Below, piece by piece: positions 1 through 11,602 of a stretch of 64,000 bases of DNA; the first letter of the stretch is position 1, and each line of letters begins with the position of its first letter. The translations under genes and the position numbers were made by a program. The stretch comes from Oikopleura dioica (lineage: Eukaryota; Animalia; Chordata): the NCBI GenBank assembly GCA_907165135.1, contig OU015568.1, positions 15,883,208-15,947,207 of the forward strand. The letters run 5' to 3'. Under the pieces are notes generated by a model. That model was not told where the DNA came from and did no database searches. It was given only the letters and a program-made list of their open reading frames with translations.

Positions 1-403
1 CATACTCATTACATCCTTGCTATCGACATCCGGTTTTCGACGGCCCCAGAGGCCAATCACTTGAGTTGGTAACCACCTGTCGTTGCTAAATATCATGTGA
101 CTTTCTCATCAATAGGATCATCCTATAATAGGATGGTCAGATACACCTAATTAATCAAGAATTAACTATCGAGTTAATCTAAGCTGTTAAAACAATGATT
201 CAATGGCAATCGAGATGCTAGCACCAAATGTTATATTTAGCGTTTATACCTGCAGTTCATATTTGCGTCACTAGAAAAAGTATTAAAACCAGATAATGAT
301 ACGTACCAGGAAGGAAAGGTGACAAGGGAAAGAGGGAGGATGAATATGACGGACACCAGAATGAATGAATTCTTTTTGCAGTCAACCGATCGACCCGATG
401 TAC

Positions 404-3400
404 TTACGTTTCCGTCACTCTGCGATAGAATTTTATATCAGACTTTCTAATTCTATCTTCGCTGAGAAGCAACACATGTGATTTCTTGATAGTGACAGTT
501 TTCATGAAGTCAGCGTCGAGATAGACGACTTTTATGTTCGCGCTAGAATTGGAGGTTAGAATCTGGGAATCAGCATTTGATACCTTCTTTGATCGAGTAT
601 TTGCTTGATAAGCGCGGGGTAGAAAAGTTCTTCTTCTTGTTCTTTCGGAGCGTCGCCGATGAACTTGGCCCAAACGAGAGAGCCAACACTCAAATCGACC
701 ATGGCATCACAAGACATAGACGTGCTCGTCGACGACGGGGAGTTCTGAAAGGACGAGCAGGAACCAAAGAAGTTGTAGTCGGTGCCGTTGCTGTTTTGGT
801 TTGAAAACTGGTTCGAAATGGTGCTGGTCGGGGTCGGATCGTCGTCGATTTCTTGCTTCACTTCGTTGCAGTAATCTTGCGCTGTTTCCATCACTGGTTG
901 CGGTAGATTTTCGCTGGTTTCTGCAGAATGCATCGTTAGCTCGTCCATCGTCGGCGGGGTATTTATATAATCGGAAATGCTCATCTACGAAAAAACGATA
1001 GAAAAAAATAACAAAATTGCCAATTTACCTTCGATCGAAAATTTGAGACTGGCAAATTGTCATCTTCTTCATCCGCCGGTTCCGATTTAACTTTCTCTAG
1101 CTCCATTTGCTGTTCTCTAAGAGCAATAAGATCCGAAAGTCTCTCATCGTCATGTGCGTCGTTTTCTCTATTTTTAATAATACGCAGGCTGCTTTGCACT
1201 TGCGTCTCTATCTGATTTTGCTCTGACTCGGCTTCAACGACTTTTGGCTTCTTTTTTGCTCCGGGCTGACTTTCCATTCTGCTCGCCGGAACTCGCCGTT
1301 TCGAAAATAGCTTCGCGTGGAGATGGCTGGCCAGAGTTGGAAGACCAGGATTGAATGTTTTTGACGCGCTGTTGCATTCGAATATTAGTTGATCAAGGGA
1401 AATCTTCTTTTCTACAAGAAAACTCAGTTAGATCTACCGAAATTGCCGAATTTACCTTCGGTGTGAATATCTTCAAGCCTGACATCTTCTTCCTCTCGGT
1501 GATAAAGAAGCCCGTCAGAGCTCGAAGTGTCCCTGAGAACGAGGTATTTCTCCTTGACCTCGACGATCTTTCTCCGATGAATCGTTCGAACGCGGACGTA
1601 CTCATTCAATTCTTCATCAGAAATACTCGGAGGGGTAAGAACTTCTTGGGGAGGCGTCAAAGTCTCCTCGGCGATGGTTTCCATTTTTTAAATACCGAAT
1701 ATCGACTTAAAGTATCTGAAACAGGGCCAGTCAGTTTCGAATTTATTCCATTTTGAGTCGTCTTGATAATTGAAAGTGTGAATACTTTTTTCAAAGTGTT
1801 AAAAGTTTTCAGTGGTGTTGCACTGTTGTTGAAAGCAATAAAGCAGGTATGGGGATATAAAAACTGACATCGATAAAGAGAAAAAAAGATGAAGAGGAGG
1901 GACATAGAACGAAACATCGAAAACCTAAATTGGGGAAAAAAAAAGAAATAAAAAATTCATCATAAGTTTCGACTGGTTGGACCAGAATTCTTTTTGATAT
2001 CAAGCTTGAACTAAAAAGCAGAACGCCTTATCACAATGAAATTTTCTTAATTGAAAAATGAAATTTCTTTAGAGGGTCAATCGTAAACATAAAGGAAAAG
2101 TAAGGAGAATAAAATTTGAAAAGACTAAAAGAGCTTATTTACAAAATGTAATAAAATAAAGTAGTGTAACTTCATTATGAAGTTTTTGAAGCTCGCGGGT
2201 GTTAAGATTTGAAGATATATCGCGCTTTTGACGTATATGCGTTCCGGACCATTTTCTTAAATTCAAAAATAAAAATCCGTTTTTCAGATGAGAAAAGCCA
2301 ACCAGATTGTGACGCTGCGCCAGGTGGATTTTGAGCCCGTGCTGGGAGGAAGAAACTGCGCCGCAGATTGGGCAGTTTGTGCACGAATCGCAGCGGCAGA
2401 GCATTTGATGCCCAGTTTCAAGGCCTCCGATTCCGTGCTCGTTTTGCATGTGAACCACGCGCATTATCTGAAAGTAACTTTCATCCCTTTTCGGAGGGTT
2501 TGATTTATGCCCGCTGGCTATTTAGTATCGATTCTTGAAGCTTGCCGTGAGAGTTATCGATTGACTGTAAAAGTTGCTCTCTAGGTCGGTAGAACTCACC
2601 TTCGAAACGGTCATTTGGCCGCAAATGTGACACTGGCAGCATTTTGCACATGTGCAGTTCGGGTTAACTCCACTGCATGTTTCGTTCAACGTTCGGTGCA
2701 TGCCACTTTTGGGCTCTATCTTTATCTGCTGCGTTGAGTTTCTAGGGACATTTATTTTCTTGAATGGAGGAGGGAAAGTGTACCTATTAAGATCGTGACG
2801 CTTCTTGTTATGAATTGCTAGCCCAGTTTTATTTTTGAAGGTGTCATTGCAAATACTACAAGTTCGACATGTTTCACACGAACAGTCGTACGAATGCTGA
2901 AGCGCAATGTTTTCGGCATTTGTCGGTTGGCGACTGTTTGTCGCTCCTACCGAGTTCGCCGAAAACATTGATCCATTCTGCTTGATGACTACGGAGTACA
3001 CATTAACACCCAGCGATCTTACCTAGCCAAACCTGAGACCGGAATGCTAAAGTCACTCATCGTCGTAGAGGGGCAGTTTATTTCTATGATTTCATCGCTG
3101 TTTTCCGCTTCGGCTTCGTTTATCTCAGCCTCCGTCAGAGTTATGCGTCTCGTTCTGTATTAAAATTAATGTCTGGAAAACGACAAGTCCGAGGGGACCC
3201 CTCGAAGGGTTAATTACCTTCTTGGAATTATTTCTGTAGGCTGCGGGGAATCATATCCGGGTGGATGCCCTGGACAGACAACTTTGTGATCTTTTAGTTC
3301 ACCAATATTTTTAAACCTTAAAACTTCTGGTTGAACGACTTAGTTTAGTATCTTTAGAACCTCTGAAAACAGCGCTCGCAAACTGTCGGAACATAGTTGC

Positions 3401-4544
3401 TATGCCACAGTAGTTTGTGATTCTCAAGCTCAGGCATTGTCCCAAACTCCTTACAGTACGGCCCATCGTATTCACATTTCTTTGACACCTTTGCCGGTAA
3501 TGGGGCTTTTATCAACGCTAGAGCAGCACTACTCGTAGTTGGTGTGTTCAAAGAATTGCTCATGCTCATTGAAACGGCTGGTTTCTTTTCGGGCGAGCTT
3601 GGAAGAGGAGGCAAATTAAGCACCATCGGACCTTCATTTTTGAAATTTTCTGGCGGCTCCAATTTTATCGACTAATTATGCGATTAAAAATCGTTTAACG
3701 CTACGGATCTTACTGAGCTTGAGCGCTCCGAAACGGACTGTCTCAATGTGGAACGGCGAACGCGTTTGGGCTTAGGAGAAGAATCCTCAGATTCATTTTC
3801 AAAGAGCCTCGTCGGAAGAACTCGATTACAAGATTTTACATGCTGTTTGAGAATAGTTTGGTTTTCAAATCTTCTAAGGCAGTGTTTACAATCAGACGTC
3901 ACATAATTACTGAAAGAACAAACGTCGTCTCCATCATGCAATCAAGGAAGAGTACCTGTGCCAGAGCTTGAGATGGAGCTCCAGCTCTCGCTCACTATTA
4001 AACTGCTCGCTGCAATAAGGGCCGATCGCCTCTTTATCACAAGTATAAACGGGGTCATTATCAACAACGATTTCCTCGTCTGAGTCGATGGCATCCATGA
4101 AGTGCTCCGCGCAGTCGTACTTTTCCGGGGCCAAATAACTCGCTTCTCCTGTGTTTCTGTCGTTGAAAAACGTCGCCGTCACCGCCTCCTGGTCTCTGTG
4201 AAGCTGATCAATCATCGCTTGCTGGATTTGGTGGGAGTTGTACTGGCGCTGATAACGTTATGGGAAAACTGTCAAATCGCTTACTTCGATAGTTTTGTGC
4301 TTTCGCAGCGCGCTGAGATCGAGATTTTTGAATTGGAAGATTTTATGCAGAGCTGTCATTTAGGTTTTAATGTGAGTGTTCTCGTGCTAGGGCAATTGCG
4401 ATAAGTGGAAACCTTGTTGCCTGAGTAGACGCCTAAACAACTCGATGTATCAACGTGGTTCATCAGCTTGGAAACAAGAAAAAGCTGGACCAGCTCCATT
4501 GAAGTCAAACTTGAAAGCCATTCGGAGTCTAGCACAGTTGCCAT
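404..4544 (-). CDS. Multi-exon C2H2 zinc-finger protein with a C-terminal Tudor/PWWP-like domain; 3' end uncertain
   Basis: Exon ORFs carry repeated CxxC...HxxxH motifs (CSICNDTFKNKTGLAIHNKKRH, CPICGAVSSSQHGLKIHLAQRH, CKHCLRRFENQTILKQHVKSC). Splicing a 41-nt GT-AG intron gives LSVGSLVWAKF...FYPALIKQILDQRSANIKVVYLD. ATG at 4544 follows a TTGTAG acceptor. Confidence 0.65.
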
Positions 4545-4780
4545 CTACAATAAACAAAGCTTCAAAAACATATCAGTAGTTCATGTATCCTTAACGAATT
4601 GTATCACTTGTAAGCACTTGTATCACATGTCAGGTCTCAAGAACAATACGAAGAAAAATGTTTATTGAAAGGGTAGAAGGAAGGGGTGATCAATTATGCT
4701 GGCGGGCTGGCCAACCAGAGGAGCGGGATAATTTGTTGAGTACAGTGTGAACTAGTTTTGGAATGGGTGGAGTTGAGCAT

Positions 4781-5573
4781 TCAACTCTGGCTCGGGTCCG
4801 GGGTCAAGCGGATGTATCCTTTTCCAGATGGAAGAGAGGCCTTTTCGAAGCCCTTTGCGAATCGCTTCGTCGCTTGCTCATCGGTCAACGATGGAACAAC
4901 CATGCACCTGAACACGGGTCAGAAAGGGAAATGAGACTGGAAATTTACTTGTCGCCTGACTTCCAGTTCTGAGGTGTGGCTACTTTGTGGAGGGCAGTTA
5001 ATTGAAGAGATTTAACAACGCGAATAATTTCGTCAAAGTTTCGACCAGTGGTGGCAGGGTAGAGGAGAGAGAGTTTGAGTTTTCTGTCTGGTCCAATGAC
5101 AAATACAGCTCTGGCGGTCAAAGGAGTTCCCTGGAAATATTGAAATGACGCACTGGGTAAGAAGGACTTACAGTGGAGTCAAGCTCGTCGGGGTCAAGCA
5201 TGCCAAGTTGGGTGGCGATTGTTCGGTCGTCTGAGATAAGAGGGAAGGGAAAGCCGCCTTCGAGTTTGTTGTAGTCTTGGATATCTTTGATCCATCCTTC
5301 GTGATCGGCCATGGTATCAATAGAGAGCCCAATCAACTTTGTGTTGAGCTCTTTGAACTCTGGCGCGTACTTGGCGGCGGCTCCAAGTTCGGTGGTGCAA
5401 ACTGGAGTGTAATCAGCTGGATGCGAAAAAAGAATACCCTAAACGTAAATTTTCTTTTACAAAAATTGTGAAACTCTTACCCAAGACTCTCCGAGGTAGT
5501 CATAAAGATTCAAGTTTCCCCATGTCGTCTTCATCGACAAGTTTGGGAAGGTATCGCCGAGCTTCAAAGACAT
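4781..5573 (-). CDS. PRDX6: 1-Cys peroxiredoxin (peroxiredoxin-6), 4 exons
   Basis: Spliced translation [12 protein letters not shown]...[19 protein letters not shown]...IGLSID...FPFPLISD...[39 protein letters not shown]...[11 protein letters not shown]. Contains the PVCTTE active-site motif. Confidence 0.95.
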
Positions 5574-5578
5574 CTTTT

Positions 5579-5584
5579 CTGAAA
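5579..5584 (-). promoter_or_regulatory. Putative spliced-leader trans-splice acceptor (TTTCAG) 5 nt upstream of the PRDX6 ATG
   Basis: Minus strand reads AAAATTTCAG|AAAAG ATG, about 200 nt downstream of the stop of the upstream same-strand gene. Similar acceptors precede ATGs at 48254 and 53849. Confidence 0.55.
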
Positions 5585-5786
5585 TTTTGAGGAAGGTGAT
5601 TATTGAGTTTTTCTTTTTAATTTAGTTAATTTTTCAGTGAGATAGTTTTTTGGTAGTGATAATGAGTTTTTGTTTGCTGCTTTTAAAAATAAATAAAATT
5701 GCTAAAGGCAGTGGTGAATATAAACGTCAATAAAATGCTAAAAAAGGTGAGGTGTGAGTTTGAAGAAATTTGAAAATTTTCCATTT

Positions 5787-8041
5787 TCAGTAAAACAATT
5801 CTTTTAAATTTTTTGGATCTGCCAGAGACGATACCATGTACGGTATTCCCGCAGAAGTGAAGAAGACTGGTTCTCCACGGCCGTATTCGAATGCGTTTAC
5901 TTCTCTCCTGAACATACCGGTACTTAGAGAACTCAAGCGGAAAGAAGTAGATGCTCAAGGGCGTTTTACTTACGGATTGTTACTTATTACGCTTCCCGAC
6001 AGATAGCTTTTCCAGCCTGTTGCTCTCTGGATGAGCACTTTCTTTGCGTTCTCGTTTCCTCTCCTGGCCTGAATGGATAGCAAGTGCCACACTTCCGCCA
6101 ACGCCGTCCGGTTGTTTTGCTCGATTTCGATGATCGGGCCGACTCCAAGTCGAAGCACTTGCGTGGCGATGCGAACATTGCTCGGCGATGGGGTATTTAT
6201 AAGAGTGAGCAAGAGCGACGGCAGAAGCTTTGAGAAGATCTGTATTCTCGCTGGCTTGCCGTTCTCAATGCTCGGAATGAGGAAATTCACCAGAAGCTCC
6301 GCGATGAACATCGTCAGTGTTTGAAGCCTCTAAAATTGGAAAACTGAGGACGAAACAGGGAACTCTGAGGCTACCTCTCTTTCGGATATTTCCATTGATT
6401 TGGCGAACTCGTCTTTCTTCCTGAACTCTTTCTGGAGCATCATCAGCAAAATCGTCCTGAAGCCTTTCTCGTTCTCTCCTTTTTTGATCTTGAGACAGAT
6501 TTCTGCGACTAATTTCGACGCGATGTGGCAGAATGGAATATCGCAGACACTAAAATACACAATTAAGGGTATAGTCGTCGATTTGGCCGATTTCAGAGGG
6601 TTATAACTCGGGACTTGGAATATGTGAGAGGCTCTAAAATAGCTCAAATAAAATATCTATCCTAGATCTCACTTTTCTCACAGCCTTTTACGTATTTTCC
6701 AAGGAAATATTTGTTTGCTGATCGCTCAAAGTTGAGCTTTCGGCCAAATAACGCCAAAATAGCCTCTTTTCAAGGCGTTATAAGTCCGAAGTTTCTAAAT
6801 AGACCTATTGATTCTATATAATTTTCTTAAAATATAGACCCATATCTTAAAAATGACACAGCCTTATACTGTAATCATAAAATTTTCTTTGAAAAATTTT
6901 TAAAAGAACCAAGGTACCAATTTTTGACCTTTCAGATTGATAATGTGCCCTGCGGGCATAGCCCAAACTTATCCTAAGGGGTCCCAAATAAATGCTCTGA
7001 ATATAAGCTTTCAAAAAATGTATCATATGGCACCCTTACAATGCCCCTAAAAATGGTCAAAATTTCAAATTATTCGGCTTATGGCAAAATACACTAAATT
7101 TTGCCACTTTCAAACGCAATTTGCCGCCAAATGGGTTGAGATAGCCAAAATAATCATGAGGGGTTTTTTGCTCAGAATTTTATGGGGATTCTAAAAATAT
7201 GCTCAGATTACAAATTGGAGACCCTACCAAAATCGATGACTATACCCTAGGATCGACAAATGCCCCCGAAATCCGGATCGGGTTTTCATCGGATTTTCTT
7301 GAGCTCTGATTTTTCCGATCGGGTTTTTGTCGGGTTTTCGTCGGGTTTTTGTCGGGTTTTTTATCGGGTTTTTGTAGGATTTTTTTCGGGTTTTTGTCGG
7401 GTATTTTTCGGGTTTTCATCGGGTCTTTGTCGGGTTCTCGTCGGGTTTTCACAACACTGAAGTTAAATCAAATAAATTGAACCCAAATCGGCGAAAATAG
7501 ACATAATTTTTGGCTAACAGAAGTTTTGGTGCCCTCTTTAAAGAAACTGATGAGGAGATACGATGAGAAACCCGACAAAAATACCCTACAAAAACCCGAT
7601 AAATGACCCTACAAAAATCCGATTTTGTAGGGTCGTCAAAATTTCAACGTCGGGTTTTTGTAGGGTAGGCAGAATCCAACAAAAACCCGACAAAAACGTC
7701 GGTTTTCGATCGGGTGTCGGGTGGGACTTGTCGATCCTAGACTATACCCTTAAAACATCATAAAGGTTTGTAAAGGTCCTTTTCAGCGGTCAAAGCAAGA
7801 CTTACCATGTATTATAAATTGTTTCCGCGACATATTCCATGAATTCGTCGCCGAATCCATTCGCGCCCATGATAATCGTGCTTATCAAGCAATCGAGCAT
7901 ACTGTCGAAATCGGCTGGGTACTTGAGGAGACGATAAATCGCCTCGTTGAGGATATTCTTCATGTTGAAAAGTCTCTGCGCATCTTCTAAAAAATATCTC
8001 AATTTTGAAAAAAAAAGAAAGAAGTTAGGAGCGAAAGGCAA
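5787..8041 (-). CDS. PAIP1: MIF4G-domain protein, PAIP1-like; start uncertain
   Basis: MIF4G-type helices (FRTILLMMLQKEF, MFIAELLVNF). The last exon reads EPVFFTSAGIPYMVSSLADPKNLKELFY*, resembling the PAIP1 C-terminal EPTFYTSDGVPF motif recalled from memory. Confidence 0.7.
6567..7749. mobile_element. Non-autonomous DNA transposon with TTAA target duplication (Kolobok-like), inside a PAIP1-like intron
   Basis: Left end TTAA|GGGTATAGTCGTCGATTTGG (6563-6586). Right end CCAAAATCGATGACTATACCC|TTAA, seen once the nested MITE is removed. Confidence 0.8.
7247..7740. mobile_element. Foldback-type MITE with 8-bp TSD (hAT-like), inserted in the right TIR of the TTAA element
   Basis: TIR CTAGGATCGACAA / TTGTCGATCCTAG. 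TSD ACTATACC at 7239-7246 and 7741-7748. Inverted subterminal arrays of GTCGGGTTTTT / AAAAACCCGAC. Confidence 0.9.
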
Positions 8042-8296
8042 ATAAAGAAACGCGACTTTGCAAATACACTAGATCGCAATTTTGAAATTTCTTGAAAAGA
8101 GAGAAAATAAAGAAGAAAATCTAAAAGTTTGTGCTCGTTTCGAGTATTTATACAACCTCAGTAAGACTCGAAAATCAACTTTATCTCAAGATAAACAGAA
8201 ATAATCTCTTGATGAAACGTATGGGCTAGAGCCAACAGGTATTACTCCAGCTCAAGCAGGATTGAATAACTAATAGAGCCTTCCTATTTTCATATT

Positions 8297-8788
8297 TTAT
8301 GAACAACAAAAGTAAATCTTGGAATTACCTGTTTGAAGATTTGCTTCGGGCACCGTGCATTTCAAATGCACGGGTCTATTCTGCAAATAATCGATGCTTT
8401 CGGGATTCTTGATTTGCTTCTTGAGCCATTTTGCGTATCTGGAATCGGAAAGCTCGTCATCTTGCAGCTTCATAAAGAGTATCTCGGGCAGCGTCGCATC
8501 GCTCGGCAGGTTATCGATAAGAGACGGCAAGCTGGAGCACTGGACGACCCTGTCCGAGTTGGAAATGTTCGGCAAGTCGAAGGCACTGCGCGGAATGTTC
8601 TTGGCCGTGGAGAGGAGCTTTATACTTTGAGGTTTGGCAACTTTTCGAGGCGGTCGTATCGTTTTCTCGTCGTTTTCTTTTTCTTCTTTCTCGCAGGGAG
8701 TCAGCCAAGGATCAGTGCTCGGAAGATCTTCAAAGCTTGAGTCGGAAACTGCCCACGGGTTGTCATTCAAGTCGATCATTTTCATCAT
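8297..8788 (-). CDS. Uncharacterised protein exon; separate gene or N-terminal extension of the PAIP1-like gene
   Basis: 163-aa ORF with protein-like composition and a GTAATT donor near its end. No recognised motif. Confidence 0.45.
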   Translation of the reverse strand: MMKMIDLNDNPWAVSDSSFEDLPSTDPWLTPCEKEEKENDEKTIRPPRKVAKPQSIKLLSTAKNIPRSAFDLPNISNSDRVVQCSSLPSLIDNLPSDATLPEILFMKLQDDELSDSRYAKWLKKQIKNPESIDYLQNRPVHLKCTVPEANLQTGNSKIYFCCS

Positions 8789-8892
8789 TCCGTTCTATCT
8801 GAAAAATTACATATAAATTGATTTCCGTTCTCGATGAAAAAAAGAAGATACAAAAAATGAGAAGCACTGGTATTAAATGAAGGATAAGTGTG

Positions 8893-9771
8893 TCAAGCTG
8901 CTGATGGAAACATTCCGCGCGATCGAGGATGAAGATACTTGGTGTGCTGCCCAATGGCAAACAGCTCTGCCCCGTCAGATGAAGTGATTCGTGTCTCTAG
9001 AAAGGCGATTTTTTCCTGCTCCTGGAGAAAAGTGCTCTCCAAGCGAAGCTCTGTCGTCGATTGTTCAACTGGCTTGAGTGTCGTCTGAACAAAGTTTTCG
9101 ATTATTTTTTTTCTGCTCAATTGGGCTGGTCAATCGACTTTTAAATTATTCGCTTTAGACTTTGAATTATCCGAATTTCTCATGAAAACGCTTGAATAAA
9201 TAGGATTTATGCCTTGGCTCAGAAACCTGCGAAGAAGACCTGAGTCAAGGGTCTAAAAGAGCTTTAATGAAAGCCGCGTAGCGGCTTTTTCCACAACGAA
9301 GCCGCAGAGCGGCTTCGCCAGAAAAAAGTAGAATAGATTTGATAAGAATTTCATAAAAGTAACCCTGACTCAGGTCCTCTACACAGTTTGTTGAGTCCAC
9401 ATTTCTGCTTACCAGGGATAGTTTGGTAGAAACACCGGCTAGTCTTGCATCCCCTGTCATGCATAAAATTGTAGTGGTAGAATCGACGATGGATGTAAGA
9501 GTTCCAGGAGAAAGTTGACCTTTGAAATTCAGCTCGTTTTCGTCGATTTTATAGGATGAAATCAGCTTCCCAGGTTGAAAATCGAGAATCTTTGACTTTC
9601 TCTAACACGAGTTGAAAACAAATTAACCTTGTCTCGAATTGAAACTTTAAAAAAATCAACTTTCTTCGACTTCGAAACTCGCGCCTGAAAAGCTCTTTCA
9701 ACTGGACCAAGATTTTTCGCAGCTTTTGCCAAAATTCCATTTATCTTCGAAGCATTCAAAAGATGCGTCAT
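8893..9771 (-). CDS. Hotdog-fold acyl-CoA thioesterase, ACOT13/THEM2-like
   Basis: Exons give IVDSTTTILCMTGDARLAGVSTKLSL and KIAFLETRITSSDGAELFAIGQHTKYL, matching the ACOT13 family pattern (GVSxxMN...TLAF...IAQGRHTK). Confidence 0.75.
9213..9400. mobile_element. hAT-type MITE family 1 copy (intronic)
   Basis: Degenerate TIR of consensus CTGGGCTCGGCAACCTGTGTAGAAAACCTGAGTCAGGG. TSD ATTTATGC/ATTTCTGC. Internal AAGCCGC-nnn-GCGGCTT palindromes. Confidence 0.8.
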
Positions 9772-10163
9772 TCCAGGAAAATTTATTCTTCTCTAGAGAA
9801 ATGCTCGAAAAAGGTTCCGTAATGTCCCAAAATGATAACTTTGTGAATTTTTCTCATCTTTCCGCCTATCACGCGTGCGCGCCCAGGAAACTAACGGCCA
9901 ATGACGGCTTGAATCAAGAAACTCGGAGAGTTCATCGTTAACCTCGCTAGCCATTTTGATATTTTGAAGTCTTTACATTGCTAAATTTCACATTTGCCGA
10001 ATCCTGAAAACTTTCATTCTGGGAATACGTTTATTTTTCAAACAAAAAGAGTGAGAATCAGTTGGGTACAGTAGGAACAAGCTTTGGTAACACTGTTACC
10101 GTAACAGTACATACAGAAGTTTAGTTCTTAGCAGGTCTCTTTGGCGGCTTTCGTTGATCAATT

Positions 10164-10660
10164 TCAGAAGTCTTCTTCCTCCTCTTCTTCTCGAGTGAGC
10201 AGTTTCAACCAGCGCACTTGTAGGAGAATATCGTGTTGCCTGGACAAGACCTTCTCTTTGAAAGCAGCAGTCGCGTCAATCATGATCTCTCTAAGACCCT
10301 CTCTTCGTTTCTTGATGATGTCGATAATGCGGGAACCTTGTTCGTCATCTTTGTCGCAAAAGACGTGAGAAGTTCGTTTGAAGTCCGGATTGTTCCAGTA
10401 CGATTGTTCCTTCCTGACGTCGATCCCTTTGTGGAAAGCTACCATGAAATTTACCAGCTCGATGAATTCGTAGCGGATATAAGCAAGCACGTGAAAGTCG
10501 CAGCCGCAGGAGAACTCGAAACAGAAATCGGTACCGCCGACTTTAAATTAAAGTGATTAAATGATTTATACAGTGCATGTGCCAAAAAGAGGGCGTCGTA
10601 TGCGAATGAGTTAGGAATTGGAAGCAGCTGGGTTTTGGCGGCGCAGGTGACTATTATCAC
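10164..10660 (-). CDS. Orphan protein, paralogue 1 of a tandem pair; start uncertain
   Basis: GGTDFCFEFSCGCDF...KEQSYWNNPDFKRTSHVFCDKDDEQGSRIIDIIKKRRE is clearly homologous to 10927-11543. Confidence 0.6.
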
Positions 10661-10926
10661 TGATTATCGGCAAGATTCTACAGCGGTTTTCGGTGGTCTT
10701 TGTTACAAACACTTTGTAGTTTTCGCCATTTCGATATTTTAAAGTGCTTATATTGCTTAGATTCAAATTTGACAAATCAAAAAAATATTAATAGTAGTAA
10801 TAGTTTATTTTGTTCAATTTGTGGATTGGTTAACAGGAAATACCAAGAGGTGCACGCAGTGATTTGGCAACAGTAGCCTAAAATTAAAGAAACAACACAT
10901 TGCAGTTGGATTTAGAGGAAAACTTT

Positions 10927-11543
10927 TTACTTCTTCGTTGGCTTCTTCGGCTTTCGTTGATTGTTCTTCTTGGTCTTCTTGTTTTTCTTCTGTTCGGTCG
11001 CAGGATCGTTGAATAGTTTGACAAGCTCATCATCGTTCATCAGGGGCTTCTCGATGAGTGTATTGGTCGTCTTCTGTTTCGACCTTTGGGACTTCTTGGA
11101 TTCTGGAAAGCGGGGTTCTTTCTCGTGAGTGAGGAGAGTCTTGTAGCAGATTTGAAGGAGACGATCGTGGTGCATCGAAATTTCCTTGTCTTTCAGGACA
11201 TCGGGATATTTGTTGTCGGTCGCGAGGCGCTGTCTTCGTTTCTTGATGAGATCGAGGATGCGGAAGTCTTGTTCGCCATCTTTGTCGCAGAAGACGTGAG
11301 AAGTTCGTTTGAAGTGCGGATCGTTCCAGTTAGACTGTTCTTTTTCCACATCTACTCCTTCGTAGAATTTGAGCATCCAACCGGACAGGTCAGCGAAGTA
11401 AAGGTGGTCGATAGTGGGCACGAGGAAGCCGCAGCCGCAGGAGAACTCGAAGTCGTAGTCGGCAGTGCCGAATCGGTTGATTTTCATCTGGAAATCTTGA
11501 TGTCCTTTGACATCGTCGAATTTCAAAAAGACTGGCTGTGACA
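10927..11543 (-). CDS. Orphan protein, paralogue 2 (intronless, Lys-rich tail)
   Basis: ORF MSQPVFLKFDD...DFEFSCGCGF...KEQSNWNDPHFKRTSHVFCDKDGEQDFRILDLIKKRRQ...KKNKKTKKNNQRKPKKPTKK. Confidence 0.7.
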
Positions 11544-11602
11544 TTCTTGTTATGTTTTGATTGATTGTAGTGATGTCTTTCAAACGTTCTGCGATGTTTT
11601 AT

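Noticed and set aside
556-600. Apparent frameshift in the Tudor-like domain
   Set aside because: A 41-nt GT-AG intron resolves it.
1424-1684. Chromodomain-like string EYVRVRTIHRRKIVEVKEKYLV
   Set aside because: The aromatic-cage tryptophans are absent, so the similarity is too weak to call.
7300-7720. Repeat arrays (GTCGGGTTTTT)n resembling a CRISPR or a repetitive ORF (7240-7452)
   Set aside because: They are mirror-image subterminal repeats between TIRs with an 8-bp TSD, with no unique spacers and no cas genes in a eukaryotic context.
8333-11541. Long plus-strand ORFs (8333-8740, 10233-10556, 11086-11541) and similar antisense ORFs elsewhere
   Set aside because: They are shadows of minus-strand coding exons and show no independent motifs.
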